A stretch of 40,333 nt of DNA from the IMG/VR virus record IMGVR_UViG_3300044217_003911, positions 1 to 40,333 of that record; one strand, 5' to 3'. Below the pieces are notes generated by a model. That model saw only the letters and a list, made by a program, of their open reading frames with translations, did not search any database and was not told where the DNA came from. Every line of letters starts with the position of its first letter. Within the stretch, counting starts at the first letter, position 1. This document shows positions 20,201 to 28,145 of this stretch, one piece after another. This DNA is from a virus. Its lineage: Duplodnaviria; Caudoviricetes. Both the position numbers and the translations under genes were made by a program.

Positions 20201-23200
20201 ACCAGCCGGTTAGCCCCTTGCCGAGATAGCCCCTCGAGCTGACCTGCATAGAGTTCGCGGATCCGGTCTTTCCACTGCTTCGGCATATCGCGGTAGATGC
20301 CACCCAGCGCGGGGTCGAGGTCACTGCCCAGCCGCCGACGAACGCCCAGGTGAAAGGCCTCGTGGAGGATCGTGGAAGCGGTGTCGGACGTGCCGTTTGC
20401 GTTAGCGGATACTACCCAGATGGTGCCGTTGTCCTGCACCCCTTTGACCATACCTTGAACGCCGTCACGTTCGATGGCCTTACGCAGTGGGGCCGGAAGA
20501 CCGTTCTCGTTAGCGACGGCCTTGACTGGAATGCCGGCATCGGCGGCACGGCGAACGACAGCTTCAACCTCCCTTTGGGCAAGCGTCTTCTGTGTGGCGC
20601 GATAACGGGTGTCTTGGCCAGCCTGGCCCTCGTCAGCGGCAGCCTCATCACGTGCCTGGTCAGGATTGCGCTCGGTGGTAACCTCCACCGCCTGCACCTC
20701 ATGGCGCTTAAGCGAGGTTCGGCCACCGCTCTGGAGATTCTCCAGCCACACCTCGCCGCTGTCGGCGTACTCCAGTACCTGGTACGGGGTATTGCCGCGC
20801 GCGTAACCAGTGCGGTTGTTGAAGGTAACGGTATCGCCAGGCTCGGCGTTATTCAGGGCAGACTTGAGCTGCTCAACCCGCCGGGCTTTTCGCTTGTTTC
20901 TGTCCTGGGTTGTTGCAGCTGACCGACCGCGCTGACGAGACTTATCGCCAGCACCCTGGTTCCGAGGCTTGCGGTTGCTGCGCTGATTGCGCGTTGGAAT
21001 CTTGCCGAACGGCTTGGTGGTATCGCCATCACGCGACCAGGAGCGAACCTCGTCGGTGGTACTCTCGGTGATCTGCCCCAGGCCATTCCATCCTTCAGGG
21101 TAGTTGGCCAGGTAGCCGCGACGGGCCGCCTCCTTGGAGGGGAAGCCGACCATGACCTTGTGCTCGTCGAAATTACCCTGCTCGTCCAGCTGGTCGATGA
21201 CGTAGGTTTTGCCAGTGTCGGGCTGATCGCCGACAAAGACATCCACGTTGTCGCCGTCGGCACCCCGCGTGCCCTTGATATCCCCATAGTCGTGGGCGAG
21301 AGTGGACGCCCACTCGTTGCCGTCGGGGTCAGTGCCACGGCGGGTGGAGCCTTTGGGGTTCTCGATGGCGACTTCCATGCCCTGAACGTTGGCCCGCCCC
21401 TTGCGGTAGTTGCCGGCCTCGGCCTGCGCTGGCGTCGGGCTGGTGTTGGTCTGCTGGCCGGCTTCCTCGATACGCGCGCGCGTTGATTGATCGCCTGACT
21501 CGATCGCCTCCATGGCCTGCTCCGGCGTCATGCGACGGATTTCGCCATCAGGATAACCAAGATCGCCCAGCTGCGTTTTCATATCGCGGGTGACCTGGGT
21601 CGGCGCCGAGGTGGGCGTCTGCGATTGCTCAGGCTCGCGCAAGCCCTGGGCTTGACCATCCGGACCAACGCGGACGCGGGGCTTCTGATCCTGGCCGACG
21701 CGGACGCGCGGCTTGTTCTGACGGCGCTGTGGTGCTTCCTGGCCAGATTCCTGCAGATCGGACGGGGCCTGGCTTTCGCTCTGATTCACCCTGTCGGCCA
21801 CTTGGTTGTAGGTGTCACCGATCGTCTCGAGCTTCTGGCGGACCTGGTTGAGGCCTTCGTTGTCCTGGTTGGCCCGGGCCAGGGTCTCCTCCTCGAAGGC
21901 CTGCTGGGCCTGCCCAGCGGCGCTATCCAGGCGCTTGACCTCCTCATCGAGGCCCTGGTCGCTGGCTCGTTTGCGCAGGGATTTAAGCGCGTCGCCATCG
22001 ACCAGCCCGTCACGCTGCTTGCGCTGATCGGGGCCGAGATCCTGACGCGGCTGGCGAATCAGATCGCCCGGGTGCGTCGGGGCCTGATCCTGCTGTTCGA
22101 TCGTTTGGTTTTCCTGGCTAGCCTGGCGATCTTGGCCGGAGCGGGTTTCGCTGGTGTCGGGTGTGGCACCCGGCGTTTCCTCGAGCAGGTTGTCGGCCTC
22201 CTGCCCCTCCTGCGGCTGCTGGTCGATACCCTGAGGGCGGACCTCGGGCTCCTGCTGGCCTTCCTGGCCGCGCTGGCCGCGCTGGCCGCCTGCTGCAGCG
22301 CCCATGCCGGCCCCCATCGCACCACCGATCGCAAGGCCACCCATGGCCGCGTTGGCTACGTTATCGGTGGGCTCAATGTCTGAGTCGGCCTTGCCCATCA
22401 CGATGTTCTCGGACACCTGCTGGCCGGCCTCCTGGGGCATTTCCTCGAAGACACCCTCGCCGACGGTGGTGCGAAGCATGGAGCCAAGTCGGGTATTAGG
22501 GCCGCCGGTCAGCACCCTGGAAAGCGCACGGTCACCCATACCACCAAAGGCACCGGTAGCCATCCCGGAGAGCACGAACGCCTGGCTTGAGGCATCCTCG
22601 GCAAGCTTGTTGCGTGCCTCTTCGAACTCCATGTCGCCTTCGCTCATCAAGCTTTTCATGGCTTCGGAGTCAGCCAGCTGCTCTTCGCTCATGCCCTTGA
22701 TCTGCTCGCGGACCTCGCGCGAGGATCCGCCACCACCCATCAGGCCTTCGGCGATACCGCCAGCCAGGGTGGCTGTGGTTGCTGCGCGCTTGGCGGCTTT
22801 TTTCGGATCGATGCCTTTGGCCAAGTTCCATGCGTAAACGCCCTTGGACAGGGCCATCGAGGGTGCCATGGAGATAGCGGTCTCGGGGATCGACTCGGTG
22901 ACCCCGGAGAAGTAGGAACGCCAGTCAGACCAAGCCGGACCTGGCTTGCCTTGCTCGCTATCCCACCAGGCTTTCTGGCGAGCCTCCCGGGTTTCCGGGG
23001 TCAGCTCTCTCTCGTTGCGCTCGATGCGATCGCTGAGGAGCTCCTCGGATTCCTTGCCGTTCATCCACTCATCGGCCTGGTCGATAGAGTCGACCACTTC
23101 CTCACCGAAGACGTTGCGCACCGCTTCACGGGTGTTGAGCGCCGCACGGTCTGCCCCCATGGATAGCAGGTTGCCGAAGTCGGTAAGAACATCCGGCTCC

Positions 23201-24006
23201 TCGTCGGGCTCTTGGGGCTCCACCATGTCGCCAAGGCCGCGCCGACGAAGGCCTGGGGCGACCTTTGAGGAGGGATCTTGCTCGTCCTCCTCGTTGCCCG
23301 GCAGCAGGCCATCCAGGCCCAGGTTGCGAAGCCCGTCCTCGAGGGTCTTTCTCCCCTTTGTCGCCAAGTCGTCATCATCCGCGACAGGGGTTTTCAGGCC
23401 CAGGGTTTCGGGTTGTTGCTGGCCCGCCTCTTCCATGGTCTCGGAAAGCGACGCCTCGGATTCTGACAGCTCATTCTGGAGACGATCCTGAGACCGCCGG
23501 CGAATAGTAGGGTGCGCGCCTTCAGTTTTCTCGCGTGATTCGGCCAGTTCCTCGCGTTGCTTGGCGACTTCGCCGACCGACTGGCTCAGTTCTGGATCGA
23601 TGGCCGGCTGATCGCCACCCTCGCGATCTTCCATCAAGCCGACCACGGCCTCATTGAGGTTCGGATTGATCCGAGGCTTTTGGTCCTGCTTGTCCTCGAT
23701 TTTTTGCCCCTGATCGACGCCACCGGAATAGCTGGCATCCGGCACTGACAGGCCGCCCGACTCTTCCGTCCCCTCACTGCCTGACTCATCTCCGCCATTC
23801 CGGAACACGTCGTTGGCGGTGGCATTGAAGAAATCGTCCCGTAGCTTACGCTCGGCGCCCTCGGGTGCCTTGGGTCTGACGTGGCGGTCATAGAATTTAG
23901 CGCGGACAGCTTGCCGAGTCTCCCAGCTTGACTCCTTGAACTCGGGTGACTCGGCGACCTGTTTCCAGGTTGGGGTCTTATTGCTCTCTTGGTTAGCGGC
24001 TTTCAC
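14197..24006 (-). CDS. Large polyvalent virion/ejection protein (InPase, HExxH peptidase, glycosylase-like, GNAT-like, HDxxGH, C-terminal LPD38)
   Basis: 3269 aa; InPase-like IENPKGSTR...HDYGDI..GADGDNVDVF...FDEHKVM (~21005-21470); HEAFH at 20350-20364; LPD38-like WDKVPSYIKERNLV...VPLPYGYN near the C-terminus; last gene of the ejection cluster. Confidence 0.9.
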   Translation of the reverse strand: MKAANQESNKTPTWKQVAESPEFKESSWETRQAVRAKFYDRHVRPKAPEGAERKLRDDFFNATANDVFRNGGDESGSEGTEESGGLSVPDASYSGGVDQGQKIEDKQDQKPRINPNLNEAVVGLMEDREGGDQPAIDPELSQSVGEVAKQREELAESREKTEGAHPTIRRRSQDRLQNELSESEASLSETMEEAGQQQPETLGLKTPVADDDDLATKGRKTLEDGLRNLGLDGLLPGNEEDEQDPSSKVAPGLRRRGLGDMVEPQEPDEEPDVLTDFGNLLSMGADRAALNTREAVRNVFGEEVVDSIDQADEWMNGKESEELLSDRIERNERELTPETREARQKAWWDSEQGKPGPAWSDWRSYFSGVTESIPETAISMAPSMALSKGVYAWNLAKGIDPKKAAKRAATTATLAGGIAEGLMGGGGSSREVREQIKGMSEEQLADSEAMKSLMSEGDMEFEEARNKLAEDASSQAFVLSGMATGAFGGMGDRALSRVLTGGPNTRLGSMLRTTVGEGVFEEMPQEAGQQVSENIVMGKADSDIEPTDNVANAAMGGLAIGGAMGAGMGAAAGGQRGQRGQEGQQEPEVRPQGIDQQPQEGQEADNLLEETPGATPDTSETRSGQDRQASQENQTIEQQDQAPTHPGDLIRQPRQDLGPDQRKQRDGLVDGDALKSLRKRASDQGLDEEVKRLDSAAGQAQQAFEEETLARANQDNEGLNQVRQKLETIGDTYNQVADRVNQSESQAPSDLQESGQEAPQRRQNKPRVRVGQDQKPRVRVGPDGQAQGLREPEQSQTPTSAPTQVTRDMKTQLGDLGYPDGEIRRMTPEQAMEAIESGDQSTRARIEEAGQQTNTSPTPAQAEAGNYRKGRANVQGMEVAIENPKGSTRRGTDPDGNEWASTLAHDYGDIKGTRGADGDNVDVFVGDQPDTGKTYVIDQLDEQGNFDEHKVMVGFPSKEAARRGYLANYPEGWNGLGQITESTTDEVRSWSRDGDTTKPFGKIPTRNQRSNRKPRNQGAGDKSRQRGRSAATTQDRNKRKARRVEQLKSALNNAEPGDTVTFNNRTGYARGNTPYQVLEYADSGEVWLENLQSGGRTSLKRHEVQAVEVTTERNPDQARDEAAADEGQAGQDTRYRATQKTLAQREVEAVVRRAADAGIPVKAVANENGLPAPLRKAIERDGVQGMVKGVQDNGTIWVVSANANGTSDTASTILHEAFHLGVRRRLGSDLDPALGGIYRDMPKQWKDRIRELYAGQLEGLSRQGANRLVAEEYAAHLAQTDPSSTALDRMVSAIRRWLRRAFGPRVAKEWGRKEIVDLIADSQAALARREGGGDTVRYRIREGEKGLPKRVKNAPTVSVRFPKAMKKTFDPQANYGQLDIKTLGKAQLDERQAELIENYPNFRPTAGANTPQKKLARLRSHVESNLLWLFDMVPSDVRDQVKRWYEGANRVSRTWAERYGLSNKQTAGVIAALSPQKDWFQNASLAERLLDTWTEQQNTAWSPAMTDTLNRVYGKDSYASLRQTIEGKRLSEIEDAMSQGAWIRVFDETFNDRAYRNINPDGSLGDFATTDRGENAKVAWGSNNEIKKAVDLLRDGSDANLNAQLGGQHKVRNFYNNIVAPNSQRGFVTIDTHAVAAGLLQPLAGGSREVLHNFGGNVTGETGPGSNSAYGISGTYAIYAEAYRNAAAKRDVLPREMQSITWEMIRELFRPGYKAQAANTAKIVDVWTDFKNGRATLEQTRRQIWDHAGGIDFNRWGGSDRTANDPAGTATYQRDVSGAGLSGSGESGSAPRGRRGSNAARALPGRPGSRDGQRRELSERDRQRREFAAQRPGRDGHETARSFTRRSPGNDRGLRGVVASYRPKPAFRNLLRDTRLPEVELQELDTSPESARRFTDAINESKKQSKYGAAVYVYPPNDYQNMRLFMTPDGKSGLAIKEDGDIVSVFSDGGGKVHPMLVLAVEQGGTKLDGFDTVLPDIYAVNGFKEVGRDSWNEDYRPEGWDKELFAPFNGGEPDVVYMVYDPSYNPFEGTDPRYSLTGDTNDGGRRQSTGNRGGRAPSRGTTPLEGTPTIRGATGPDPELNRVAERYAEQNGIDLQRQAEYVEVDVERAERIAQAYEEMEHAPQDPRVKEAYQDLVRQTRAQYDALVNAGYEFYFFDGETDPYDGNPWNAMRDLRVNKRMAVFTTEDGFGTDEDFDPTDNPLLEDTGIKWAFGSPDGPRRRVLANDLFRAVHDAFGHGLEGAGFRARGEENAWQAHVRLFHGPAIGALTSETRGQNSWLNFGPYGEHNRTAGILDTVFADQKTGLMPEWAWTEGRADTDPRYSLDNDAGQASEDSSVNIEEPPGGAYSDNDSTRFGLPDESLTDTFLRKIADKMLPIKRLEQKIQETGGQVNEENDAYLAEELFHGKTERDLRNLEEQYVKRLADGLAETDIEQAALDAYLYARHAPERNQVIAERNPGDSRYQDGGSGMTNAEASEIIEMVENSGKQEDFDRLANIVYEMLRLRREAIREGGLETDGTVDAWEASYEAYVPLKGWARDEDAPGGEQGARRQSTGRGFEISGSEARTSLGRRSKAASPSTQAIVDTTQSLVRRRKNEVGQSLLSLMNDNPNPDVWEVFTRDRPDVQRQKVTRTDPDTGEKRIFVELAPVAMEMNDRYFKVKSNGQTFYLKLHNERLLNAMRNVGPESNNILVRGIGGVVRTMASLVTSYNPEFLISNFLRDVQTAMLNLSAEQTREDGKIKGKHILRQTARDIRPAMRAAYRGLSGKPSRSTGPGRIWDHYFQEFMEDGAKTGYFDMKDIDSQAKAIQKMMRRSSGGSMAAMLKGRKATADFVENVNGAVENAVRLSAYVNARKAGISRPKAASLAKNMTVNFNRRGELGTLFNSAYMFFNASVQGTANFARAMVTIDPPQRGKSRINAWSRMNLAQKLAAGMVTGSFVLSMFNRMISDEDEDGQLYWDKVPSYIKERNLVLMTGDKDYVSVPLPYGYNVFSVIGTHFEAVLSGEKDLVSAGQDFMLAALGSFSPVGFEGSDDAENVLAKNISPTLLRSITQLAVNEDFSGQPIYREEFPFGTPSPDSSRSFRSTPNAYKSFAEFLNKLTGGSEYVSGSVDIAPETFQHLTNFYGGGAYGFTEKTVDAISRVAQGEKMERWRIPFVGKILGSVSDYGDMDTFYQRRDEVGQYAEQLDNLPADKAEAFYRNHQAKIDLFDVATEVEQVLKDLRSERDAIEADEAISEDERNEAVERIEEAIESEVDYFNREYRREVLGR
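17697..17882 (-). CDS. Nested +1-frame small ORF inside the polyvalent gene (candidate inhibitor)
   Basis: AGGAG (17889-17893) 6 nt before ATG; starts right after a TDPRYSL linker; host frame is R/G-rich over its first half. Confidence 0.5.
   Translation of the reverse strand: MTEDDVNRPETEEDGRRAEAQRRLRVRRLYEGQQGRTRSSTESPSDTPNKTESTSKGKPNT
18435..18797 (-). CDS. Nested +1-frame acidic protein (120 aa) inside the polyvalent gene (candidate immunity/inhibitor)
   Basis: GGAGG (18805-18809) 7 nt before an in-frame TTG; about 26 D/E versus 8 R/K; amphipathic helical pattern; host frame degenerates into R/G/S low complexity over this span. Confidence 0.72.
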   Translation of the reverse strand: MSRQDDRSGITPAELISTAGEDPIVQLMIRQELPLTREMYLELAYPDLENPEAHLEAEGEAMLPEPFQEGLDPETASAASLARETGSGESSPPNDLAEMVMRRHGVSRAEALEMIEDFGG

Positions 24007-24027
24007 AAGCGGCTCCTGCGTGGTGTT

Positions 24028-25380
24028 TTATCCCAGAACGCTCTGCAGAACGTCTTCAGCCTCCTCGTCAGGAGAGGGGCGAGAACGGTTGTCGCGCTCT
24101 CTGTCAGGGTTGCTGTCCCGATTCGATTCTAGTCCGGGGCGAATACCGCGATCCTGTCCAGACTCCCCTTCTCGGCCTGAGTTGCGACTGGTGTCTCGGC
24201 TTTGCTCAGTATCGCGTTCGGCGGGGCGCTCTTGGCTTCTGCCTTGACTGCCTTCCTCCGGGCCAGGCTCACGGAGGCCTGAGGGCGATCCGTTTGAAAA
24301 CATCCTTCTCGACAACCGGTCGCGCCGAGAGGAGAGATCTTCGATCTCGGCCTCGATCTCAGCACGGCGATCTTCGCTCATGCGCCGCCAGGTTGCCCCG
24401 TCGTTGCGCATCTCGTTGAGTTCGTCGAGCTGCTGATTGAGCTGGTCAAGCTGAAGCTCGTTACGACGGAAGTTCTCCCCTTGGGAGCGGTTGAGCTTCC
24501 TCCAGGCATCTTCGCGGTCCTCGGCAATGCCTTGCGCGACCATGTACTCGATGTCTTTCTGCGTGCTGGTGGGGCGGTTCCAGTAATTGCTACCGGAATC
24601 TTCGCCGCCGGCACCGCTTTTCACCGGCTTGATCTCGCCAGTGGCGGTGTTGCGCTGGATCATCCCCAAGGTATCGTGTTCCTGCAGCTCCCAGTTTTCA
24701 GTATCGCCACGCAGCATCGACAGCACGGTGGCTGCTTGCTGTCGAGCCTCTGGATTCTGGAATGACTTGCGCAGGGCGCGCATGCCTTGTGTCTGGCGAG
24801 CCAAGCTTTCGACCGGCACCTCCATGACGGCATCATCGTCCTCGCGGTTGGAGCGCCCGTCGGTCATCGGCGCTCGGTAGGAGTTTCCTTTCTCGTCAGT
24901 TACCTCAAGATCCATGGTGACGCTATCGCCGCGTGTCCCCGGATAGACCCCAGTCACCATCTTCTGGCCACCTTCACCCTTGTTAACCTGAGTGCCAAAC
25001 AACTGGTTAAACGAAGCCAGCGCCTCTGGGTCGTTGATAGAACTGTTTGAATTGGGATCAGTGACTCGCTCAGCTACGGCGAGGGCATCGTCGGTATCGT
25101 CATCAAGGGCCGGCCAGTATTTGGGGTTTTCGCGTAGCGTCTCGATCTCATCGTCACTGGGCTCCATGCCGTTGGCGATCTTGGTCAATGCGAACTCCAC
25201 TTCCTTCAGGTCGCGCGCCCGCTCGATCTCCTCCTTCTCCATTTTATACTGTTCGCGCTGCATCTCGTGCCGTTCCTGGGCGCGCTCGCTCTGCTCCTGG
25301 CCTCGCTGGTACTGATCCATGAGGCTGAAGCCCTGCTGGAAGCCGCTCGCCAGGCCGCGTGTGTCGAGTCCGTCAGCCAT
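24028..25380 (-). CDS. Internal virion / DNA ejection protein
   Basis: 450 aa; GLASGFQQGF N-terminus, coiled coils; position directly before the polyvalent protein. Confidence 0.7.
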   Translation of the reverse strand: MADGLDTRGLASGFQQGFSLMDQYQRGQEQSERAQERHEMQREQYKMEKEEIERARDLKEVEFALTKIANGMEPSDDEIETLRENPKYWPALDDDTDDALAVAERVTDPNSNSSINDPEALASFNQLFGTQVNKGEGGQKMVTGVYPGTRGDSVTMDLEVTDEKGNSYRAPMTDGRSNREDDDAVMEVPVESLARQTQGMRALRKSFQNPEARQQAATVLSMLRGDTENWELQEHDTLGMIQRNTATGEIKPVKSGAGGEDSGSNYWNRPTSTQKDIEYMVAQGIAEDREDAWRKLNRSQGENFRRNELQLDQLNQQLDELNEMRNDGATWRRMSEDRRAEIEAEIEDLSSRRDRLSRRMFSNGSPSGLREPGPEEGSQGRSQERPAERDTEQSRDTSRNSGREGESGQDRGIRPGLESNRDSNPDRERDNRSRPSPDEEAEDVLQSVLG

Positions 25381-25389
25381 ATTCGTCTC

Positions 25390-25653
25390 CTACATTATGT
25401 CACTGGCCAGCAGGCCGACTCCGGCACCGACCAGCGCACCGACTGGCCCGCCTGCCGTGCCGCCCATCTTGGCGCCGGCCATGGCACCGACCCCAGCACC
25501 AGTGCCCACCGCCTGCATTGTCTGCTGCTCTTCAGCCTGCTCCATCTGGTCTTCTAGATACCTGGCCTCGCGCTGCTGGCCAGACAGGTCTTGAAGACCC
25601 TGCATGGCCTCGCCTTCCATCTCATCGCGAAGCCCTAATAGCCCATAACTCAT
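25390..25653 (-). CDS. Small ejection protein with glycine-zipper hairpin
   Basis: C-terminal GTGAGVGAMAGAKMGGTAGGPVGALVGAGVGLLA. Confidence 0.7.
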   Translation of the reverse strand: MSYGLLGLRDEMEGEAMQGLQDLSGQQREARYLEDQMEQAEEQQTMQAVGTGAGVGAMAGAKMGGTAGGPVGALVGAGVGLLASDIM

Positions 25654-26129
25654 TGATCCATGACCTTATCGGGAATATTTGATAGCCCCATTCCGCCGGC
25701 GAGGACGGCCTGCTGTCGGTCCTGTGCGGAAATACGAGCTTGGTTGCCGGCACTCACCTGGGCAGCGGTTCGACGAACATTTCGCTCGCGGCTGTCGGCG
25801 GCTTGCTGGCGACTGCTTCTGCTTACCCCGAGCCCTTGTTGCCACTGTTCGCCGGCTTGCTCGCTGGCATCGAAAGCATGCCCCATAGCCTCCCGGGCCT
25901 GACTGGCCGAGCCTCTCGGCGCCCCTTCGCTGCGAGCGATGTTGGCAAGGTTTCTTACCTGTGGCTGAAAGCGGGCCTTCCAGTCTTCCCATTGAGCGCG
26001 GTTGAGGCGCCCCAGAAGCTCGGACGCGCCTTGATCACCGTGAAAAGCCTGGCCCGGGTTGATGGTGCGGTGTGCGCTATTCGGTATCGGGCCGATACTG
26101 GGAAGCGTGCTGCTATATGCGGTTACCAT
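25650..26129 (-). CDS. Putative internal virion protein
   Basis: Q/A-rich helical 159 aa, translationally coupled to the next gene. Confidence 0.65.
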   Translation of the reverse strand: MVTAYSSTLPSIGPIPNSAHRTINPGQAFHGDQGASELLGRLNRAQWEDWKARFQPQVRNLANIARSEGAPRGSASQAREAMGHAFDASEQAGEQWQQGLGVSRSSRQQAADSRERNVRRTAAQVSAGNQARISAQDRQQAVLAGGMGLSNIPDKVMDQ

Positions 26130-26140
26130 GTCGACCCTCG

Positions 26141-26794
26141 TCAGCCTTGATACAGTTCGTCGGAAGAATCTATAGCGGCCTGTGACACGCCGCTATCGAT
26201 GCCCAGGCCAGGGCTGTCGGCACCAATTTCATCCAGCCCGTATCGAGTGCCTGCCCCGGCCACCTGGCCGAGAAGCTGCAGGTTGGCCGACCGACGATTG
26301 AAGCGGTTGGCGGACTCGTTCCGGACATCTGCTGCCGCCACATCAGCCATATTGGCAAGCCCCTGCTGAGCCTGTCCTGACTGCCCCTGGCCAATGGCCA
26401 CGACATTCTGAAGACCCTGGATTTGCTGGTTCTCTTGCTCGAATTGCGCGCGGCCCATTGTCTCGCCACCGGCCTCAGCGCTATCTAGGTCCAGCCCTGT
26501 CATTGTGCTCTGATAGCGACCACTGCTCGGATCGATATTGCCCTCTGCCAGCTTGCCGGCCGCCTCTTCACGCATATCGCTGGCTGCCTGCTGTTGGCTC
26601 TGCATGGTGCGCCCCCGCAGGTAACTCATGCGGTCAGGGTCGGTCATCCCGCCGACCTGGCGCATGTATTCGTCTTCCAGAGGAGCGAGCTCTTGTTGCG
26701 CGAAGTTCCACTTCTCGGCGGCCACCTGGGCCAGGTGTCGTTGCTCAGGAGTGTCTTCAATAGTGTTGTCACCGCCACCGCCGTCTGTGCTCAT
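26141..26794 (-). CDS. Putative internal virion (pilot/ejection) protein
   Basis: GGGG N-terminus, Q/A/G-rich helices; coupled to the upstream gene. Confidence 0.7.
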   Translation of the reverse strand: MSTDGGGGDNTIEDTPEQRHLAQVAAEKWNFAQQELAPLEDEYMRQVGGMTDPDRMSYLRGRTMQSQQQAASDMREEAAGKLAEGNIDPSSGRYQSTMTGLDLDSAEAGGETMGRAQFEQENQQIQGLQNVVAIGQGQSGQAQQGLANMADVAAADVRNESANRFNRRSANLQLLGQVAGAGTRYGLDEIGADSPGLGIDSGVSQAAIDSSDELYQG

Positions 26795-27276
26795 TTTGGA
26801 CCTCCTTCATGAACTTCGGACGTTCCATCGAGATCCGCCAGGTAATCGTCAAGAGAGTCCTCATGGACGTGCTGGCGGATAGCGACCGACACGCGGGTCA
26901 TCCACGTCTCACCGCCTACCAAATAGGCACACTGGATAATCACACCTGCCAGTTGGTCACGTAGCACAAAGGCCAATGTGCGCTGGTGGTGATCCTCGGT
27001 CGCTTCAAGATATAGACTGGTTCGCCAATCCTGGAGCGCCTGGGCCATTAGCGGTCGCAGATAGGGTTCATGCTGGCGATAGAATGGGTTGGCGGGAAGC
27101 TCAATCAACGATTCCCAAAAAGCGGACACGACCTGATTCTTGGAGATCGGTTGATCACCGTCAATGAGGTCGTCTAAGGTCTGGGAAATACGCGACAAGG
27201 CCTCAATAAACGCGACCGCGTGCGGGTCGTCTCGAAGTACCTGTTGCAGGAATGTATGCTCGTTGGAGCGGGGCAT
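26791..27276 (-). CDS. Helical phage protein with DDxxD motif
   Basis: 161 aa; QTLDDLIDGD; GAGGT RBS. Confidence 0.75.
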   Translation of the reverse strand: MPRSNEHTFLQQVLRDDPHAVAFIEALSRISQTLDDLIDGDQPISKNQVVSAFWESLIELPANPFYRQHEPYLRPLMAQALQDWRTSLYLEATEDHHQRTLAFVLRDQLAGVIIQCAYLVGGETWMTRVSVAIRQHVHEDSLDDYLADLDGTSEVHEGGPK

Positions 27277-27483
27277 AGGCGTACCTCACGGTAGGCATAA
27301 AATTATCGTATCAATTAAAGCCAGGTTTGTCATTAATGAGAAAATCTGCCACGGGGATCTTGCCGGTTGATCATTGAGCGGACTATATAACACACGAAAT
27401 CATTTCCTCTTTACCTATAAATGTCGACTTATAAATAACGAACATAAAATTTTAACTTTAAATATCTATCGTTCGATTGGTAT

Positions 27484-28143
27484 TTAAAAAGGTGGTTCTA
27501 CAAGAAAAACTCGAAAATCCGAAATACTTTCTTGCGTGTAGTTTTCGACAACTATTTGACCGTTACTGCCAAAGCCTACCCAGGTTTCCAGATACGTTCT
27601 TGTGCCTGGGGCTACTGGTACAGACTCACAAAAACCAGGTGGCTGCATGATATAAGGGGAGTGACTCGCATATGGATTATTGGCTGTGGTGACAGACGGT
27701 TCTCCAAGATCTTCCCCAGGCGGTATATAAAGATCAACAAATCCCAGTACACTTAAATATCTTTCTCTGCTGTCAAAAACAACACTCCCCGCGCTATCAA
27801 AAACTTGAAAACCATAATTCGTAGAATAATCTGGCGAATTTTTGCGTGCTGCATAAACAGCGTAATCAATGTAGTTAGATCCACCTTTAAAACCAACAAC
27901 AAAGCGGTTATTGGCAGGCTCTCCAAATAGCGTGTAAACCTTCCCACTGCCTCGTGGGCGGACACAAAGAATTGCTTCTGGGTGTTCGCTGAAATTCCAG
28001 GGTATATATGCCAGCTTGTCGCCACACCCTGGTGCCCGTGCGCTTGATGATTGCTGCCCTGAGCCTTGAAGACTTAAATTTTGGTAATCGCCATCTATCT
28101 GTATACCGCCTTGGCTATTTCTTACAACTATGCCGTATGACAT
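27484..28143 (-). CDS. Tail tip / receptor-binding associated protein
   Basis: Repeated YG(I/F)x(V)xxxxGxxxxD motif (MSYGIVVRNSQGGIQID; YGFQVFDSAGSVVFDS); AT-rich. Confidence 0.7.
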   Translation of the reverse strand: MSYGIVVRNSQGGIQIDGDYQNLSLQGSGQQSSSARAPGCGDKLAYIPWNFSEHPEAILCVRPRGSGKVYTLFGEPANNRFVVGFKGGSNYIDYAVYAARKNSPDYSTNYGFQVFDSAGSVVFDSRERYLSVLGFVDLYIPPGEDLGEPSVTTANNPYASHSPYIMQPPGFCESVPVAPGTRTYLETWVGFGSNGQIVVENYTQESISDFRVFLVEPPF

Positions 28144-28145
28144 TT

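Noticed and set aside
20860-21005. Arg-rich linker after the InPase domain as a third nested-gene site
   Set aside because: No RBS/start pair found; the +1 frame is not distinctive and the +2 frame closes quickly.
21660-22290. Short tandem repeats (KPRVRVG twice; GQR repeats) in the giant gene
   Set aside because: In-frame low-complexity linker duplications with no sign of phase variation.
14160-23891. Other same-strand alternate-frame ORFs in the giant gene (e.g. 14514-14996, 16593-16841, 17199-17561, 19122-19307, 20853-21338, 23061-23378)
   Set aside because: S/T/P/R-rich composition typical of +1 shadows of a GC-rich gene, no clear RBS noticed, and the main frame there is well-formed domain sequence.
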